This document shows, piece after piece, positions 47,304-57,768 of a stretch of DNA of 64,000 nucleotides. A program made the position numbers and the translations under genes. Origin of the DNA: an uncultured Clostridia bacterium (GTDB taxonomy: Bacteria; Bacillota; Clostridia; Oscillospirales; Ruminococcaceae); assembly GCA_947168885.1 (NCBI GenBank), contig CAMVNQ010000003.1, positions 189,140-253,139 of the forward strand, read 5' to 3'. The notes below the pieces were generated by a model, which saw only the letters and a program-made list of their open reading frames with translations, did not search any database and was not told where the DNA came from. Positions within the stretch are counted from its first letter, which is position 1. Each line of letters starts with the position of its first letter.

Positions 47304-48236
47304 TCATATAACAAGAGGAGGTATCCTTGAAATTGTATAGGGTGTTTCCTGATATACACAGAAGTTGAGCCAGTTTGAATAGAGAAGGCTCGCTGCCGTT
47401 CTCCATACATAGGGCGGGGTCTTAGTCGGGTCGTCGTCGGGGAAATAACCGTAGGGCAGATCAACGTCTGTGAGACCCTTGTTCATGTCGCGAAGGTACT
47501 CATTCTTGAGCGTATCGCGCTCGTATTCGCCGTGACCGGTGAGGAAGATCTGCCTTCCGGTCTTGTCCGCGACCGCGTAAACACCCGCAATATCGGAATA
47601 AGCAAGAAGATCGAGCTTAGGGCAGTTCCTTATGTCCTCAAGAGTTACCTCGGAATGGCGGGAATGGGGAACGTAGAATATATCGTCGAAGCCCTTGAAG
47701 AGCGGGTGGTTCTCGACCTCTATCTTGTGTGGGAAGACTCCGAACATCTTCTTTTCAAGGTTGTGCTTCTTTATCCCGTAGTGGTAGTAAAGTCCCGCAA
47801 ACGCGCCCCAGCAGATGTGCACACAGGAATAGGCGTGCTTTTTCGACCATTCCATTATCATGCAGAGCTCGTCCCAGTAGTTCACATCCTCAAACTCGTA
47901 TTTTTCGACGGGCGCGCCGGTAATTATAAGTGCATCGAAGTATTCGTCCTTGATCTCGTCGAAAGTCTTGTAGAAGCGGTCGAGGTATTCGATAGCGGTA
48001 TGGCGCGAGATGTGTGTCTCAGTGCGAAGGAGGGTTATATCGACCTGTAACGGCGAGTTACTCATAAGACGCAGAAGCTGGGTCTCAGTCTCTATCTTTT
48101 TTGGCATGAGGTTGAATATGGCTGCGCGAAGCGGGCGTATATCCTGCTGGACAGCCCTTTCGCTCGGCATAACGAAGATATTCTCGTCAAGAAGCGTCTG
48201 ATACGCGGGCAGATCGCTCGGAATATTTATCGGCAT
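47304..48236 (-). CDS. metA: MetA-family homoserine O-acyltransferase (probably acetyltransferase)
   Basis: QDIRPL, NLMPKK, TGAPVE (Glu specificity residue), ICWGA, HSRH, TGHGEY. Confidence 0.93.
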   Translation of the reverse strand: MPINIPSDLPAYQTLLDENIFVMPSERAVQQDIRPLRAAIFNLMPKKIETETQLLRLMSNSPLQVDITLLRTETHISRHTAIEYLDRFYKTFDEIKDEYFDALIITGAPVEKYEFEDVNYWDELCMIMEWSKKHAYSCVHICWGAFAGLYYHYGIKKHNLEKKMFGVFPHKIEVENHPLFKGFDDIFYVPHSRHSEVTLEDIRNCPKLDLLAYSDIAGVYAVADKTGRQIFLTGHGEYERDTLKNEYLRDMNKGLTDVDLPYGYFPDDDPTKTPPYVWRTAASLLYSNWLNFCVYQETPYTISRIPPLVI

Positions 48237-48476
48237 TTATCTCATCTCCTGTATTTTTTCTTTTGTTCTTCTCTTTATAGGCTTTTGTATTCACTGTATT
48301 TATACGATTTTCAAATAATTATACCACAAATGCCCCGATAAATCAATGTTTTTTTGAAAAATTCAGTCTGTCTCACAAAAAATATTGCATTTTGCGGCGC
48401 TTTGTGATATAATAAACTGTATATTTGCGCACTTGTGCAGGATAATAACAGTATTACTATCCGGGAGTGAACGCTT

Positions 48477-49184
48477 GTGTGCAAAGAAAATGACACCGAA
48501 AAGGACGAGAATGTACAGTGCGGCAAGGACGACGCTTCGGACAACGGGCTCACCGCGTCGCGCAATTCCGATCATCTCATACACTGCCTTACCGTTATAG
48601 GTGAGATCGAAGGGCACTATATCCTTCCGCCGCAGAACAAGACGACGAAGTATGAGCACATAATACCCGCACTCGTCGCAATAGAGCAGGACAAGACTAT
48701 CGAAGGGCTTCTGATAATCCTCAATACCGTCGGCGGCGACGTCGAGGCGGGGCTCGCTATTGCGGAACTCATAGCGGGAATGGAGACCCCGACAGTCTCG
48801 ATAGTCGTCGGCGGCGGTCATTCTATCGGAGTGCCGCTCGCGGTCTGCGCGAAGAAAAGCTTTATAGTCCCGACCGCGACCATGACCATACACCCCGTCA
48901 GAATGAACGGGCTTGTGCTCGGAGTACCGCAGACGCTCTCATATTTTGACAGGATGCAGGACAGGATAACCAATTTTGTCACCCGTAACAGCCGCATCAC
49001 CGCCGAACACTTCCGCGAGCTTATGATGAAGAAGGACGAGCTTGTTATGGACGTTGGCTCGGTCGTTGACGGAGAGACGGCGGTGAAAACGGGACTTATA
49101 GACAGTCTCGGCGGACTTTCGGACGCTATAAAGTGCTTATACGCGCTTATCGACGAAAAAAACGATGCCGGGGGTGAGGAATGA
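48477..49184 (+). CDS. tepA: ClpP-like translocation-enhancing protein TepA
   Basis: [32 protein letters not shown]. Confidence 0.88.
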   Translation: MCKENDTEKDENVQCGKDDASDNGLTASRNSDHLIHCLTVIGEIEGHYILPPQNKTTKYEHIIPALVAIEQDKTIEGLLIILNTVGGDVEAGLAIAELIAGMETPTVSIVVGGGHSIGVPLAVCAKKSFIVPTATMTIHPVRMNGLVLGVPQTLSYFDRMQDRITNFVTRNSRITAEHFRELMMKKDELVMDVGSVVDGETAVKTGLIDSLGGLSDAIKCLYALIDEKNDAGGEE

Positions 49185-49378
49185 TGCTTTTGCATTCTAT
49201 CGTAAGCCTTTCGGACATATTCTGTAATACGGATATGACGGCTCCGGAAATCACTTACAGGCAGATAAACGGCGGCATACTTGAGCTTGACGGAACGAGT
49301 GTGCGGCGGCTCATAAGCACCGATCCGCGGCTTTACCTTGACCCGCGGTACTGCCCTTTTTCGGAATATAAAGACTGA
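49181..49378 (+). CDS. YlzJ-like small protein
   Basis: LHSIV start, [15 protein letters not shown]; conserved position after tepA. Confidence 0.8.
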   Translation: MMLLHSIVSLSDIFCNTDMTAPEITYRQINGGILELDGTSVRRLISTDPRLYLDPRYCPFSEYKD

Positions 49379-49450
49379 CAATGCCGGTCATCTGTTTCCC
49401 CGCGTAAAACGGGGAAACAGAAAGCTTTACTATACAAGGAGATCTACATA

Positions 49451-50320
49451 ATGGGCGATATTATAAGCGCGGCTATACAAGGCGTGATACAGGGACTTAC
49501 CGAGTTTCTTCCGGTTTCAAGCTCGGGACATCTTTCCGTCGCGCGTCATTTCATGAATGTTTCGGAAGGCGGTATAACGCTTTCTATAGTACTTCACCTC
49601 GGAACGCTTCTCGCGGTGTTCATCATGTTCAGGAAGCGTATATGGGGTATGATAAAGGAATTTTTCCTGTCTATCCGCGATATTTTCACCGGAAGATTCA
49701 AGTGGTCGCAGATGAACGATGACAGGCGGATGATGGTCATGGTCATACTCGCGACATTGATACTTGTACCTTTCGCGCTGATAAAGGACTGGTTCACCTC
49801 GGTTCAGGAGGACAGCGACATCATATTCGAGGGCTGTGCGTTTATCTTCACGGCTATCGTGCTTATACTGTCAGATGCGTGCGTCAAGGGTGCCAAGACC
49901 GGCAAGGACATAAAGATAAAAGATATGCTTGTTGTAGGCTTTTCTCAGGTAGTGGCGCTGTTCCCGGGCGTTAGCCGTTCGGGAAGCACGGTTTCTGCCG
50001 GACTTTTCTGCGGTCTTGCGCGTGATACGGCAGTGGCCTTCTCGTTCATTCTCGGTATCCCCGCTATACTCGGAAGCGCGGTTCTCGAAGCGAAGGACAT
50101 TATCGGTTCCGGCGTTGAGCTCGACATAGTGCCGCTTGCTGTCGGCGCGGTCGTTGCCGCGGCAGTGGGACTTCTCGCGATAAAGCTCGTTCAGGTCATA
50201 ATCAAACACGATAAATTCAAGATATTTGGCATATACACGCTCATACTCGGCATAGCATGCATAGGTGTGGGCATTTATGAGAACGTAACGGGCAACCGTC
50301 TGTTCTTCGTTATGCAGTAA
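49451..50320 (+). CDS. uppP: Undecaprenyl-diphosphate phosphatase
   Basis: QGLTEFLPVSSSGH, LHLGT, PGVSRSGST. Confidence 0.93.
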   Translation: MGDIISAAIQGVIQGLTEFLPVSSSGHLSVARHFMNVSEGGITLSIVLHLGTLLAVFIMFRKRIWGMIKEFFLSIRDIFTGRFKWSQMNDDRRMMVMVILATLILVPFALIKDWFTSVQEDSDIIFEGCAFIFTAIVLILSDACVKGAKTGKDIKIKDMLVVGFSQVVALFPGVSRSGSTVSAGLFCGLARDTAVAFSFILGIPAILGSAVLEAKDIIGSGVELDIVPLAVGAVVAAAVGLLAIKLVQVIIKHDKFKIFGIYTLILGIACIGVGIYENVTGNRLFFVMQ

Positions 50321-50344
50321 AAGGCAATCAAGGAAGGTTAGAAA

Positions 50345-53281
50345 ATGGCAGAAACCAAAAAGAGCGCCGCTTCCGGCAAAAAGCAGTCGGCTGCGGCGCT
50401 CGAAAGAAAAAAAGCAGAACTTATGAGGGCTAACGCTAAGCGCCGCCACACCATATCTGTCGTTATGTTTGCGGCGGGTCTTCTTATATTGGCGCTCGCT
50501 TGCATAGGAGATGCCGCCGCGGAAAAGCCGTCGCTCTGGGACGCGATACACGGATTCCTTTACGGCGTTTTCGGCATAACCGCATTCCTCGTCGGACCTG
50601 TGTTAATCTACATAGCCGTAATGGTCTCGGCTGATATGACGAGATCCACGGTCACGAAGCGAATGATACAGATGCTTCTTCTGATACTGCTGCTCTGTGC
50701 CGCGGCACAGGTCATCTTTGTGGGCTGCATCGGCGACCCCACCGAGCAGGACGCTGGCTTCGGCGAAAAGATAGCCTATACCTATTCCCGCGGAAAAGTT
50801 CTTTCCGGCGGCGGAGTCGCAGGTCTTGTGCTCGGTGTGCCGCTCCTGTTCTTCGGACAGGTCGGAGCGATCATAATTCTTGTACTTGTATCGTTCGTAG
50901 CGTTCATGATAATCGCGGACAAATCCCTCGCGGATCTGTTCAATGCTTTCAGAAAGCCTGCCGAGAAGATAAAGGAACACCACGAAAAGGTGCAGGAGGA
51001 GCAGGCATACATACGCCCCGAGCTCGAACAGCTTGAAGAGCAGAGACGCATACGGCGCGCCGAGGAACGCGACCGCCGCAGCGCAGAGCGCCAGGCAAAG
51101 CGCACCGAACGTGAACTTACCGCCGAAGAAAGGCGCCGCAGCAAGTTCGCGTCTATCGCCGGAGTCACCACCGCCGCACAGCAGGAAGTCACCGAAGATG
51201 ACAAAAAAGAAGCGGCACAGAAAGAGCTTGAAAATAAAGACCCCGTTGCAGAGCAGAAAAAGAAAAGTGCCGAGTTCCAGAAGGACCTTCATGAATATCT
51301 GAACGTAAAATATGACAGCGGAAAAAAAGGCGGTCTTTCACCGAACCTCGCTTTCCCCACAGAGGACAAGCCAGCCGATGCTTACAGCCCCGACGCGCCT
51401 AAATACGCGGACGAAAGCGGCACGGAAAACACCGGCAAACATCTCAATCCTGTTGTTAAGCACGAAAGCCTTATCGACCCCGCAAACGCGGTCAAGGCTG
51501 TTGAACCGCTTATCGCAACACCTGCCGAGACACCTGCCGAGACCGTAAGCATTCCCGAAACGACAAGTGCGGCTCCCGCAGAAGTTACAGAACCGGAGGA
51601 AGATCTTCCGTTCGATCTTGAACCTGCACCCGCGCAGGACAAGAGCGATATTGTCGAAGCGATAAAGGACTTCACCCGCGAACAGGCTGAACGTGCGGCA
51701 GCGGCGGAAGACAACGCACGCGTTCTCGGAACTATAATAAATGAGGACGAAAACGGACAGCAGCGTGTGAGCGAGATCATCGCCGACAGCGACCAGTACA
51801 CACTCCCGCCGCTCGAACTGCTCAACGATGTGATCCACGAGCGCTCGGACGACGACATAAACGCCGAGATCGCACACAACGCCCAGACGCTTGTAAGCAC
51901 ACTCAAAAGCTTCGGCGTAGAAACGAAGTTCCTCGAAGCCGCGCGAGGACCTTCCGTAACGCGTTATGAACTCCAGCCCGCGCCGGGCGTGAAAATATCC
52001 AAGATCACGGGTCTTGTCGATGACATAGCCCTTAACCTCGCAACTGCGGGCGTGCGTATAGAAGCGCCTATCCCGAACAAGGCGGCGGTCGGCATAGAAG
52101 TACCGAACAAGACCGTCGAGACCGTGCCGTTCCGCGAAATGGTGGATACCAAGGAGTTCCGCGAGACGAAGAGCAAGCTCGGCGCGGTGCTCGGAAAGAG
52201 CATCTCCGGCGATATAGTCATTGCGGACATCGCGAAAATGCCGCATATCCTTATCGCGGGAACCACGGGCTCCGGTAAGTCGGTATGCGTGAATTCCATT
52301 ATAATGAGCATCCTATTCCGCTCTACACCGGAGGAAGTACGCTTCCTCATGATCGACCCGAAGGCGGTCGAATTCATGATCTACAACGGCATTCCGCATC
52401 TGCTCATTCCCGTCGTTACCGACCCGAAAAAGGCTTCGGGCGCTCTTGCATGGGCAGTTACCGAGATGCTCAACCGCTATAAACTCTTCTCTGACAACAA
52501 CGTCCGTGACCTTACCGGATTCAACAAACTCGCCAAGACCCGCGAAGACCTTACGGTAATGCCGCAGATCGTCATTTTCATAGACGAGCTCGCAGACCTT
52601 ATGATGGCTTCTCCGGGCGAGGTCGAGGACAGTATATGCCGACTCGCACAGATGGCGCGTGCCGCGGGTATGCACCTCGTTATAGCTACCCAGCGTCCGT
52701 CCGTAAACGTCGTTACAGGTGTCATCAAGGCAAATATCCCGTCCCGTATCGCGCTTAAAGTCGCTTCTCAGGTCGACAGCCGAACCATCATTGACGGCGC
52801 GGGAGCCGAAAAGCTTCTCGGTAAAGGCGACATGCTGTATGCGCCGGTCGGAATGGTAAAGCCGCTCCGTGTACAAGGCTGCTGGATCTCCGACAAGGAG
52901 GTCGAGCGTGTTGTCGAGTTCATCAAAAATTCGTTTATTCTCGACTATGACCAGTCTGTTATCGAAGAGATCGATCGTCAGGCGGAACTCGCCGCGCAGA
53001 AAGCCGATAAGGGCGGCAAGAACCGCGACGATGACGACGACGGCGGTGTTGATGTCAACGACGATAAGCTCGATGAAGCTATCGAGGCCGTTATCGAAGC
53101 GGGACAGGCTTCCACGTCCTATCTCCAGCGCCGCTTAAAGCTCGGCTACGGACGTGCCGCACGCCTTATCGATACAATGGAACAGCTCGGTGTCGTCGGC
53201 GGCTTCGAGGGAAGCAAACCCCGTCAGGTCATCATGACCAAGCAGGAATGGTACGAACGGAAAATGAACAAGAGTGAATAA
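50345..53281 (+). CDS. ftsK: FtsK/SpoIIIE DNA translocase
   Basis: N-terminal TMs, AGTTGSGKS, DELADLM, ATQRPS, C-terminal gamma domain. Confidence 0.95.
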   Translation: MAETKKSAASGKKQSAAALERKKAELMRANAKRRHTISVVMFAAGLLILALACIGDAAAEKPSLWDAIHGFLYGVFGITAFLVGPVLIYIAVMVSADMTRSTVTKRMIQMLLLILLLCAAAQVIFVGCIGDPTEQDAGFGEKIAYTYSRGKVLSGGGVAGLVLGVPLLFFGQVGAIIILVLVSFVAFMIIADKSLADLFNAFRKPAEKIKEHHEKVQEEQAYIRPELEQLEEQRRIRRAEERDRRSAERQAKRTERELTAEERRRSKFASIAGVTTAAQQEVTEDDKKEAAQKELENKDPVAEQKKKSAEFQKDLHEYLNVKYDSGKKGGLSPNLAFPTEDKPADAYSPDAPKYADESGTENTGKHLNPVVKHESLIDPANAVKAVEPLIATPAETPAETVSIPETTSAAPAEVTEPEEDLPFDLEPAPAQDKSDIVEAIKDFTREQAERAAAAEDNARVLGTIINEDENGQQRVSEIIADSDQYTLPPLELLNDVIHERSDDDINAEIAHNAQTLVSTLKSFGVETKFLEAARGPSVTRYELQPAPGVKISKITGLVDDIALNLATAGVRIEAPIPNKAAVGIEVPNKTVETVPFREMVDTKEFRETKSKLGAVLGKSISGDIVIADIAKMPHILIAGTTGSGKSVCVNSIIMSILFRSTPEEVRFLMIDPKAVEFMIYNGIPHLLIPVVTDPKKASGALAWAVTEMLNRYKLFSDNNVRDLTGFNKLAKTREDLTVMPQIVIFIDELADLMMASPGEVEDSICRLAQMARAAGMHLVIATQRPSVNVVTGVIKANIPSRIALKVASQVDSRTIIDGAGAEKLLGKGDMLYAPVGMVKPLRVQGCWISDKEVERVVEFIKNSFILDYDQSVIEEIDRQAELAAQKADKGGKNRDDDDDGGVDVNDDKLDEAIEAVIEAGQASTSYLQRRLKLGYGRAARLIDTMEQLGVVGGFEGSKPRQVIMTKQEWYERKMNKSE

Positions 53282-53339
53282 TGAACAGTGAATAGTGAAT
53301 AGTGAATAGTTGTGGTACCGCCGCTTCTGCGGCGGCGTA
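53273..53339. repeat. Heptamer tandem repeat (AGTGAAT)n followed by GC hairpin
   Basis: About 5 period-7 units crossing the ftsK stop; CGCCGC-TTCT-GCGGCG stem. Confidence 0.75.
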
Positions 53340-53434
53340 TCTGAATCGTGACGAAATACCAGAGAAATGCTAAAAGGGAAAAAAATGGAGCAAAAGGCAG
53401 ACCGATTTTTAGACATAATTTTAAGAGGGAAAAT

Positions 53435-53848
53435 ATGAAGAAAACAATTTCACTTTTTCTTGTTTTGCTTATTATAATCGCTGCATTCGCAGGATGCGGG
53501 AACGTTCAGACAGCGGATTTTGAAGACCCGCAGGCTGTTGTTGATGCATTTCTGGCGGAACATTCTCTTGAAGGAGACAATGTGGCGGATATCTTTAACG
53601 ACTTCGCCGGAAAAACTGTCCGTGTCAAGACGAATGAAAAGAACGACCCGATCTTCGATATTTACAGCAAAGTGACGCTTTACACAGGAGTCTATGTTAT
53701 ATTGGCTGACTCGGATCACGGTGCAGTCACAGACTTTGATTACAATGTGGGTGATACTTTTGTGCTGGAGATATCCGAAATAATGGTTCGCGCATATAAT
53801 GATGGTCAAGTCAGAGATATCTTCATTAATGTCAAACTTCCGGCCTGA
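53435..53848 (+). CDS. Putative lipoprotein, AT-richer than neighbours
   Basis: MKK + hydrophobic stretch + FAGC lipobox. Confidence 0.75.
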   Translation: MKKTISLFLVLLIIIAAFAGCGNVQTADFEDPQAVVDAFLAEHSLEGDNVADIFNDFAGKTVRVKTNEKNDPIFDIYSKVTLYTGVYVILADSDHGAVTDFDYNVGDTFVLEISEIMVRAYNDGQVRDIFINVKLPA

Positions 53849-53867
53849 TGCTGGCAAGGAGCACTGA

Positions 53868-54638
53868 ATGGAAAAGATTCGGATATTCGACCGCGATGCG
53901 GTGAAGTACATAGCGATATTCTTCATGTTCTGGGGTCACCTTGTCGCGTGGCTTACGCTGATGCGTAATCCGGAAATAAGCGATCCGTATGCGGCTATGT
54001 CATGGTGGCAGGGTTTGCTGTCTCACGCGTCACTTCTCTGTCCGCCGGTGATGTTCTTCATGATAACCGACGGCTACAAATACACCCACGACCGCAAGAA
54101 ATACGCTATACGTCTGCTGATATTCGCATTGATAACGCAGATACCGGACTGGCTCGTTTTTGTGCCCATTAACGGTTGGTGGACCGCGAACGTAATATTC
54201 ACGCTGTTTTTCGGGCTTCTCGCAATAATCGCGTGGGAAAGCAAGCTAAAAAAGTGGCAGAGGGTATTGCTCGTTATTCTTTGCAGCGGCGCAACGCTTG
54301 CTATGTCGGCGGCATGGGAGATATTCGGCGTGCTGCTGATATTCTTCCTGCACCTTTACCGCGACAGACCGAAAGCGCGGTTAATATCCTACATAGCCGT
54401 TGCCTGTGTATGGAAGGGGCTTGCCGTTATGTGGCAGCTCATCGGCGGAACGTTCGACGGTGCGGCGATATACCACGACACGCTCGATCTCATATTCGTG
54501 ATGCTCGGATATGTCTTAATGACAGTGTTCTGCAACGGGAAAAAAGGTAAGCACCCCGTATTCGGGAAGTGGTTCTTCTACATATTCTATCCGGTGCATT
54601 ACCTTATAATATGGCTTGTATTCAGATTTGTCGCTTAA
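53868..54638 (+). CDS. TraX family acyltransferase-like membrane protein
   Basis: KYIAIFFMFWGH, THDRKKYAIRLLIFALITQIP, NVIFTL, FFYIFYPVHY. Confidence 0.85.
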   Translation: MEKIRIFDRDAVKYIAIFFMFWGHLVAWLTLMRNPEISDPYAAMSWWQGLLSHASLLCPPVMFFMITDGYKYTHDRKKYAIRLLIFALITQIPDWLVFVPINGWWTANVIFTLFFGLLAIIAWESKLKKWQRVLLVILCSGATLAMSAAWEIFGVLLIFFLHLYRDRPKARLISYIAVACVWKGLAVMWQLIGGTFDGAAIYHDTLDLIFVMLGYVLMTVFCNGKKGKHPVFGKWFFYIFYPVHYLIIWLVFRFVA

Positions 54639-54652
54639 CAATAGATTATTCG

Positions 54653-54750
54653 GACAGGGCTTCGCCCCGTACCCTGACGAGGGCTTACTCAGCCCTCGAC
54701 CCGAGGCAGCGTGACGCTGCACCCGATACCGCTCCGCGGAACCCGACAAG
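54653..54750. repeat. GC-rich REP-like hairpin cluster (copy C)
   Basis: Reverse complement reads GGGT-CGAGGGC/GCCCTCG-TCAGGGT-ACGGGG-CGAAG-CCC, parallel to copy B. Confidence 0.6.
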
Positions 54751-54798
54751 TCACTTCTTATAACACTAAATTCATATTTATAAAAAAGAGGTAGTCTC

Positions 54799-56715
54799 AT
54801 GCCTTTTCTGCCTGTATCGCGCGAGGATATGAAAGCGCGCGGAATTGAACAGTTCGATTTCATCTGCATAACGGGTGACGCGTATGTCGATCACCCGTCT
54901 TTCGGTATTGTTATAATAGCACGGCTGCTCGAAAGCTTTGGCTGTACCGTCGGAATGATACCACAGCCCGTCTCGGACGCTGATTTTAAAAAGCTCGGAA
55001 AGCCGAAGTACTGCTTTATGGTCTCGGGCGGGAACATCGACAGCATGGTCTCGAACTACACCGTCGCCCTCAAAAAGCGCAACGACGATGCGTACAGCGC
55101 AGGCGGCATCGGCGGCAAGCGCCCCGACCGCGCCGTCAACGTGTATTGCAGGACTCTCAAAAGGCTGTTCCCCGATACCGAGATAGCGATAGGCGGTCTC
55201 GAAGCGTCACTGCGCAGATTCGCGCACTATGATTACTGGGACGACTGCGTTATGCCGTCAATACTTGTGTCAAGCGGCGCAGAACTGCTTATGTACGGCA
55301 TGGGCGAGCTTACCGTGACCGAGATATGGAACCGCTTCAAGGCGGGTGACAAGCTTGCCGATATGCACGACATACGCGGAACGTGTTACCTCACCGAACC
55401 GGTGAATACGCCTATCGGCGCGGTTCAGTGCGACAGTTTCGAGCTCGTCCGCGACAACAAGAAAGCTTACGCAAAAGCCTGCCGCAAGCAGTACGACGAG
55501 CAGGACGAAATATACGGCCGCACGATAGTCCAGCGCCACGGGAACGAGATGCTGGTTCAGAACCCGCCCCAGCGCAGCCTGACACAGTCAGAGTTCGACC
55601 GTGCCTATGAGCTCCCGTATATGCGCGCCTATCACCCGATGTACGAAAAAGACGGCGGCGTGCCGTCTATAAAGGAAGTCGAATTCTCGATAACTCACAA
55701 CCGCGGCTGCTTCGGATTCTGTAACTTCTGCTCTATCGCGCTGCATCAAGGCAGACGCGTGCAGACAAGAAGCGCAGAGTCAGTACTGAATGAGGCGCGA
55801 GAGCTTGCCGCTTCCCCGCGGTTCAAGGGCTATATACATGATGTCGGCGGGCCCACAGCCGACTTCCGTCACCCATCCTGCGAAAAGCAGCTTAAAAGCG
55901 GTCTGTGTAAGGGAAAGAAGTGCCTTGCACCTTCGCCCTGCCCGAATATGAAGGTGGATCACACGGAGTACCTGTCGATACTGCGGGAAATGCGCAATAT
56001 TAAGGGTGTGAAGAAAGTATTCATCCGCTCGGGTATCCGTTACGACTATCTGATCGAGGACAAGAGCGACGAGTTCATGAAAGAGCTCATCGCAAACCAC
56101 ATCAGCGGTCAGCTTAAAGTCGCGCCGGAGCACGCTTCCAACAAGGTGCTCGATTATATGGGAAAGCCGCATATCGAGGTCTATGAGCGCTTCGAGAAGA
56201 AGTTCTACGACATAACGAAAGGAATGGGTAAGGAGCAGTATCTCGTCCCGTACCTTATGTCTTCTCACCCGGGCTGTACCCTGAACGATGCTGTGGATCT
56301 CGCCGTGTTCCTCAAAAAGCATAACATACGCCCCGAACAGGTACAGGACTTCTACCCTACCCCGGGAACAATCTCAACGGCTATGTTCTATACGGGACTC
56401 GACCCGTACACTCTCGAACCGGTGTTTGTCCCGCGGAAATATGAAGAAAAGAAGCTTCAGAGGGCACTGCTGCAATATTTCAAGAAAGAGAACCGCGATC
56501 TTGTCGAAAAAGCTCTTACGATAACGGGACGCAGAGATCTTATCGGAAACGGTGCAAACTGCCTTATACCGGCATCTCCGGACAGCAGAAAGGTAGGCGG
56601 TAATGTCAGAGATAAAAGGAACGACCGCGGAAGGACCGCTTCCGGAGCAGGAAAAGCTTCTTCCGGACGCGGACAGCGAAGAACCGGAAAAGCCCCGAAA
56701 AACAAGCGCGGTTAA
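54799..56715 (+). CDS. ygiQ: YgiQ family radical SAM protein
   Basis: GDAYVDHPSFG, RGCFGFCNFC, DVGGPTA, EQVQDFYPTP. Confidence 0.93.
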   Translation: MPFLPVSREDMKARGIEQFDFICITGDAYVDHPSFGIVIIARLLESFGCTVGMIPQPVSDADFKKLGKPKYCFMVSGGNIDSMVSNYTVALKKRNDDAYSAGGIGGKRPDRAVNVYCRTLKRLFPDTEIAIGGLEASLRRFAHYDYWDDCVMPSILVSSGAELLMYGMGELTVTEIWNRFKAGDKLADMHDIRGTCYLTEPVNTPIGAVQCDSFELVRDNKKAYAKACRKQYDEQDEIYGRTIVQRHGNEMLVQNPPQRSLTQSEFDRAYELPYMRAYHPMYEKDGGVPSIKEVEFSITHNRGCFGFCNFCSIALHQGRRVQTRSAESVLNEARELAASPRFKGYIHDVGGPTADFRHPSCEKQLKSGLCKGKKCLAPSPCPNMKVDHTEYLSILREMRNIKGVKKVFIRSGIRYDYLIEDKSDEFMKELIANHISGQLKVAPEHASNKVLDYMGKPHIEVYERFEKKFYDITKGMGKEQYLVPYLMSSHPGCTLNDAVDLAVFLKKHNIRPEQVQDFYPTPGTISTAMFYTGLDPYTLEPVFVPRKYEEKKLQRALLQYFKKENRDLVEKALTITGRRDLIGNGANCLIPASPDSRKVGGNVRDKRNDRGRTASGAGKASSGRGQRRTGKAPKNKRG

Positions 56716-57658
56716 GATAATATTGCTCTGCGCGGCAGGGCTTATCCTGCTTGTTTTCGCTTTTCTTTCGCTGAATCAGCTTCTCGGCATAAATGACGAT
56801 CTCCCGATGTGGGACGAGCTTTATCACGCAGCGGGACTTCGGTCACAAGTTTACGACGGCAGCAGAGATGGCACCGTCTCGGTGCATTTCATTGATGTCG
56901 GACAGGGTGACTGTACACTTATACAGATGGGAAGCAGGAATATACTTATCGACTGCGGCGAGGCTGAGGAATACGCGAATGTCGCCGGCTATCTGAAAAG
57001 TGCGGGAGTGACGCGGCTGGACAGTGTGATAATGTCACACCCGCATTCCGACCACATGGGCTGTATGTACCGGCTCGTACACCGCTATAACGCGTCAGAG
57101 GTCCTTATGCCCGATGTTCCGGAGTATATGCTTCCGGTGACCGGCTCGTTCACAAAACTCGAAGAAGTCGTGGAAAAGATGAAGATACCGCTTACACGCG
57201 TCAAAGAGGGCGCAGTCACTGACACGGGCGGTTCCGGCGAGCTTGAAGTGCTGTCCCCGATAAAACCGTACGACGACCTTAACAACAGCTCGCTGGTGCT
57301 TAAATACACATTCGGCGAAGTAAGCTTTCTGTTCTGCGGCGACATAGCCGAAGAAGCGGAATCCGACCTCGTATATATCGGAAGCGACCTTTCGGCAGAT
57401 GTCATAAAAGTTCCGCACCACGGAAGCGAAACATCAAGCACCCGCCCGTTTGTAAACGCTGTCTCTCCTGTTTACGCTGTGTTCAGTGTCGGCGAGGAGA
57501 ACGATTATGGACATCCGCACGACAGAACTCTGAAACTTTATCGTAATCTCGGTGCGGAGATATACAGAACAGATACAAACGGCGACATTGTTTTCGTCAC
57601 CGACGGAAAAACCATTGATGTCTATACGGAAAAAGAAACTTCCGCCGATGCCGCATGA
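56603..57658 (+). CDS. ComEC/Rec2-like MBL-fold hydrolase, membrane anchored
   Basis: FIDVGQGDC, SHPHSDHMG, KVPHHGS, YGHPH, YRTD; overlaps ygiQ 3' end. Confidence 0.88.
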   Translation: MSEIKGTTAEGPLPEQEKLLPDADSEEPEKPRKTSAVKIILLCAAGLILLVFAFLSLNQLLGINDDLPMWDELYHAAGLRSQVYDGSRDGTVSVHFIDVGQGDCTLIQMGSRNILIDCGEAEEYANVAGYLKSAGVTRLDSVIMSHPHSDHMGCMYRLVHRYNASEVLMPDVPEYMLPVTGSFTKLEEVVEKMKIPLTRVKEGAVTDTGGSGELEVLSPIKPYDDLNNSSLVLKYTFGEVSFLFCGDIAEEAESDLVYIGSDLSADVIKVPHHGSETSSTRPFVNAVSPVYAVFSVGEENDYGHPHDRTLKLYRNLGAEIYRTDTNGDIVFVTDGKTIDVYTEKETSADAA

Positions 57659-57676
57659 GACAATTTATAATTCATA

Positions 57677-57728
57677 AGGGTACCTCTAAAAACCGCTTTT
57701 TCTCTCAAATGGGTTTTTAGAGGTTCCC
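57677..57728. mobile_element. MITE-like element (short, internally deleted form)
   Basis: AGGGTACCTCTAAAAACC...GGTTTTTAGAGGTTCCC; inverted copy of the ends of 22566-22724. Confidence 0.7.
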
Positions 57729-57741
57729 ATAATGCATTGGA

Positions 57742-57768
57742 AAAAGGCTCCCGAGGGAGCCTTTTTTC
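57742..57768. terminator. Bidirectional terminator
   Basis: AAAAAGGCTCC-CGAG-GGAGCCTTTTTT. Confidence 0.8.

Noticed and set aside
48237-48360. SAM riboswitch or T-box upstream of metA
   Set aside because: The promoter (TTGATT-17-TATAAT) leaves only a short unstructured leader with no S-box or T-box consensus
53868-54638. traX as evidence of a conjugative element
   Set aside because: No relaxase, T4SS, integrase or oriT nearby; chromosomal TraX-family genes are common
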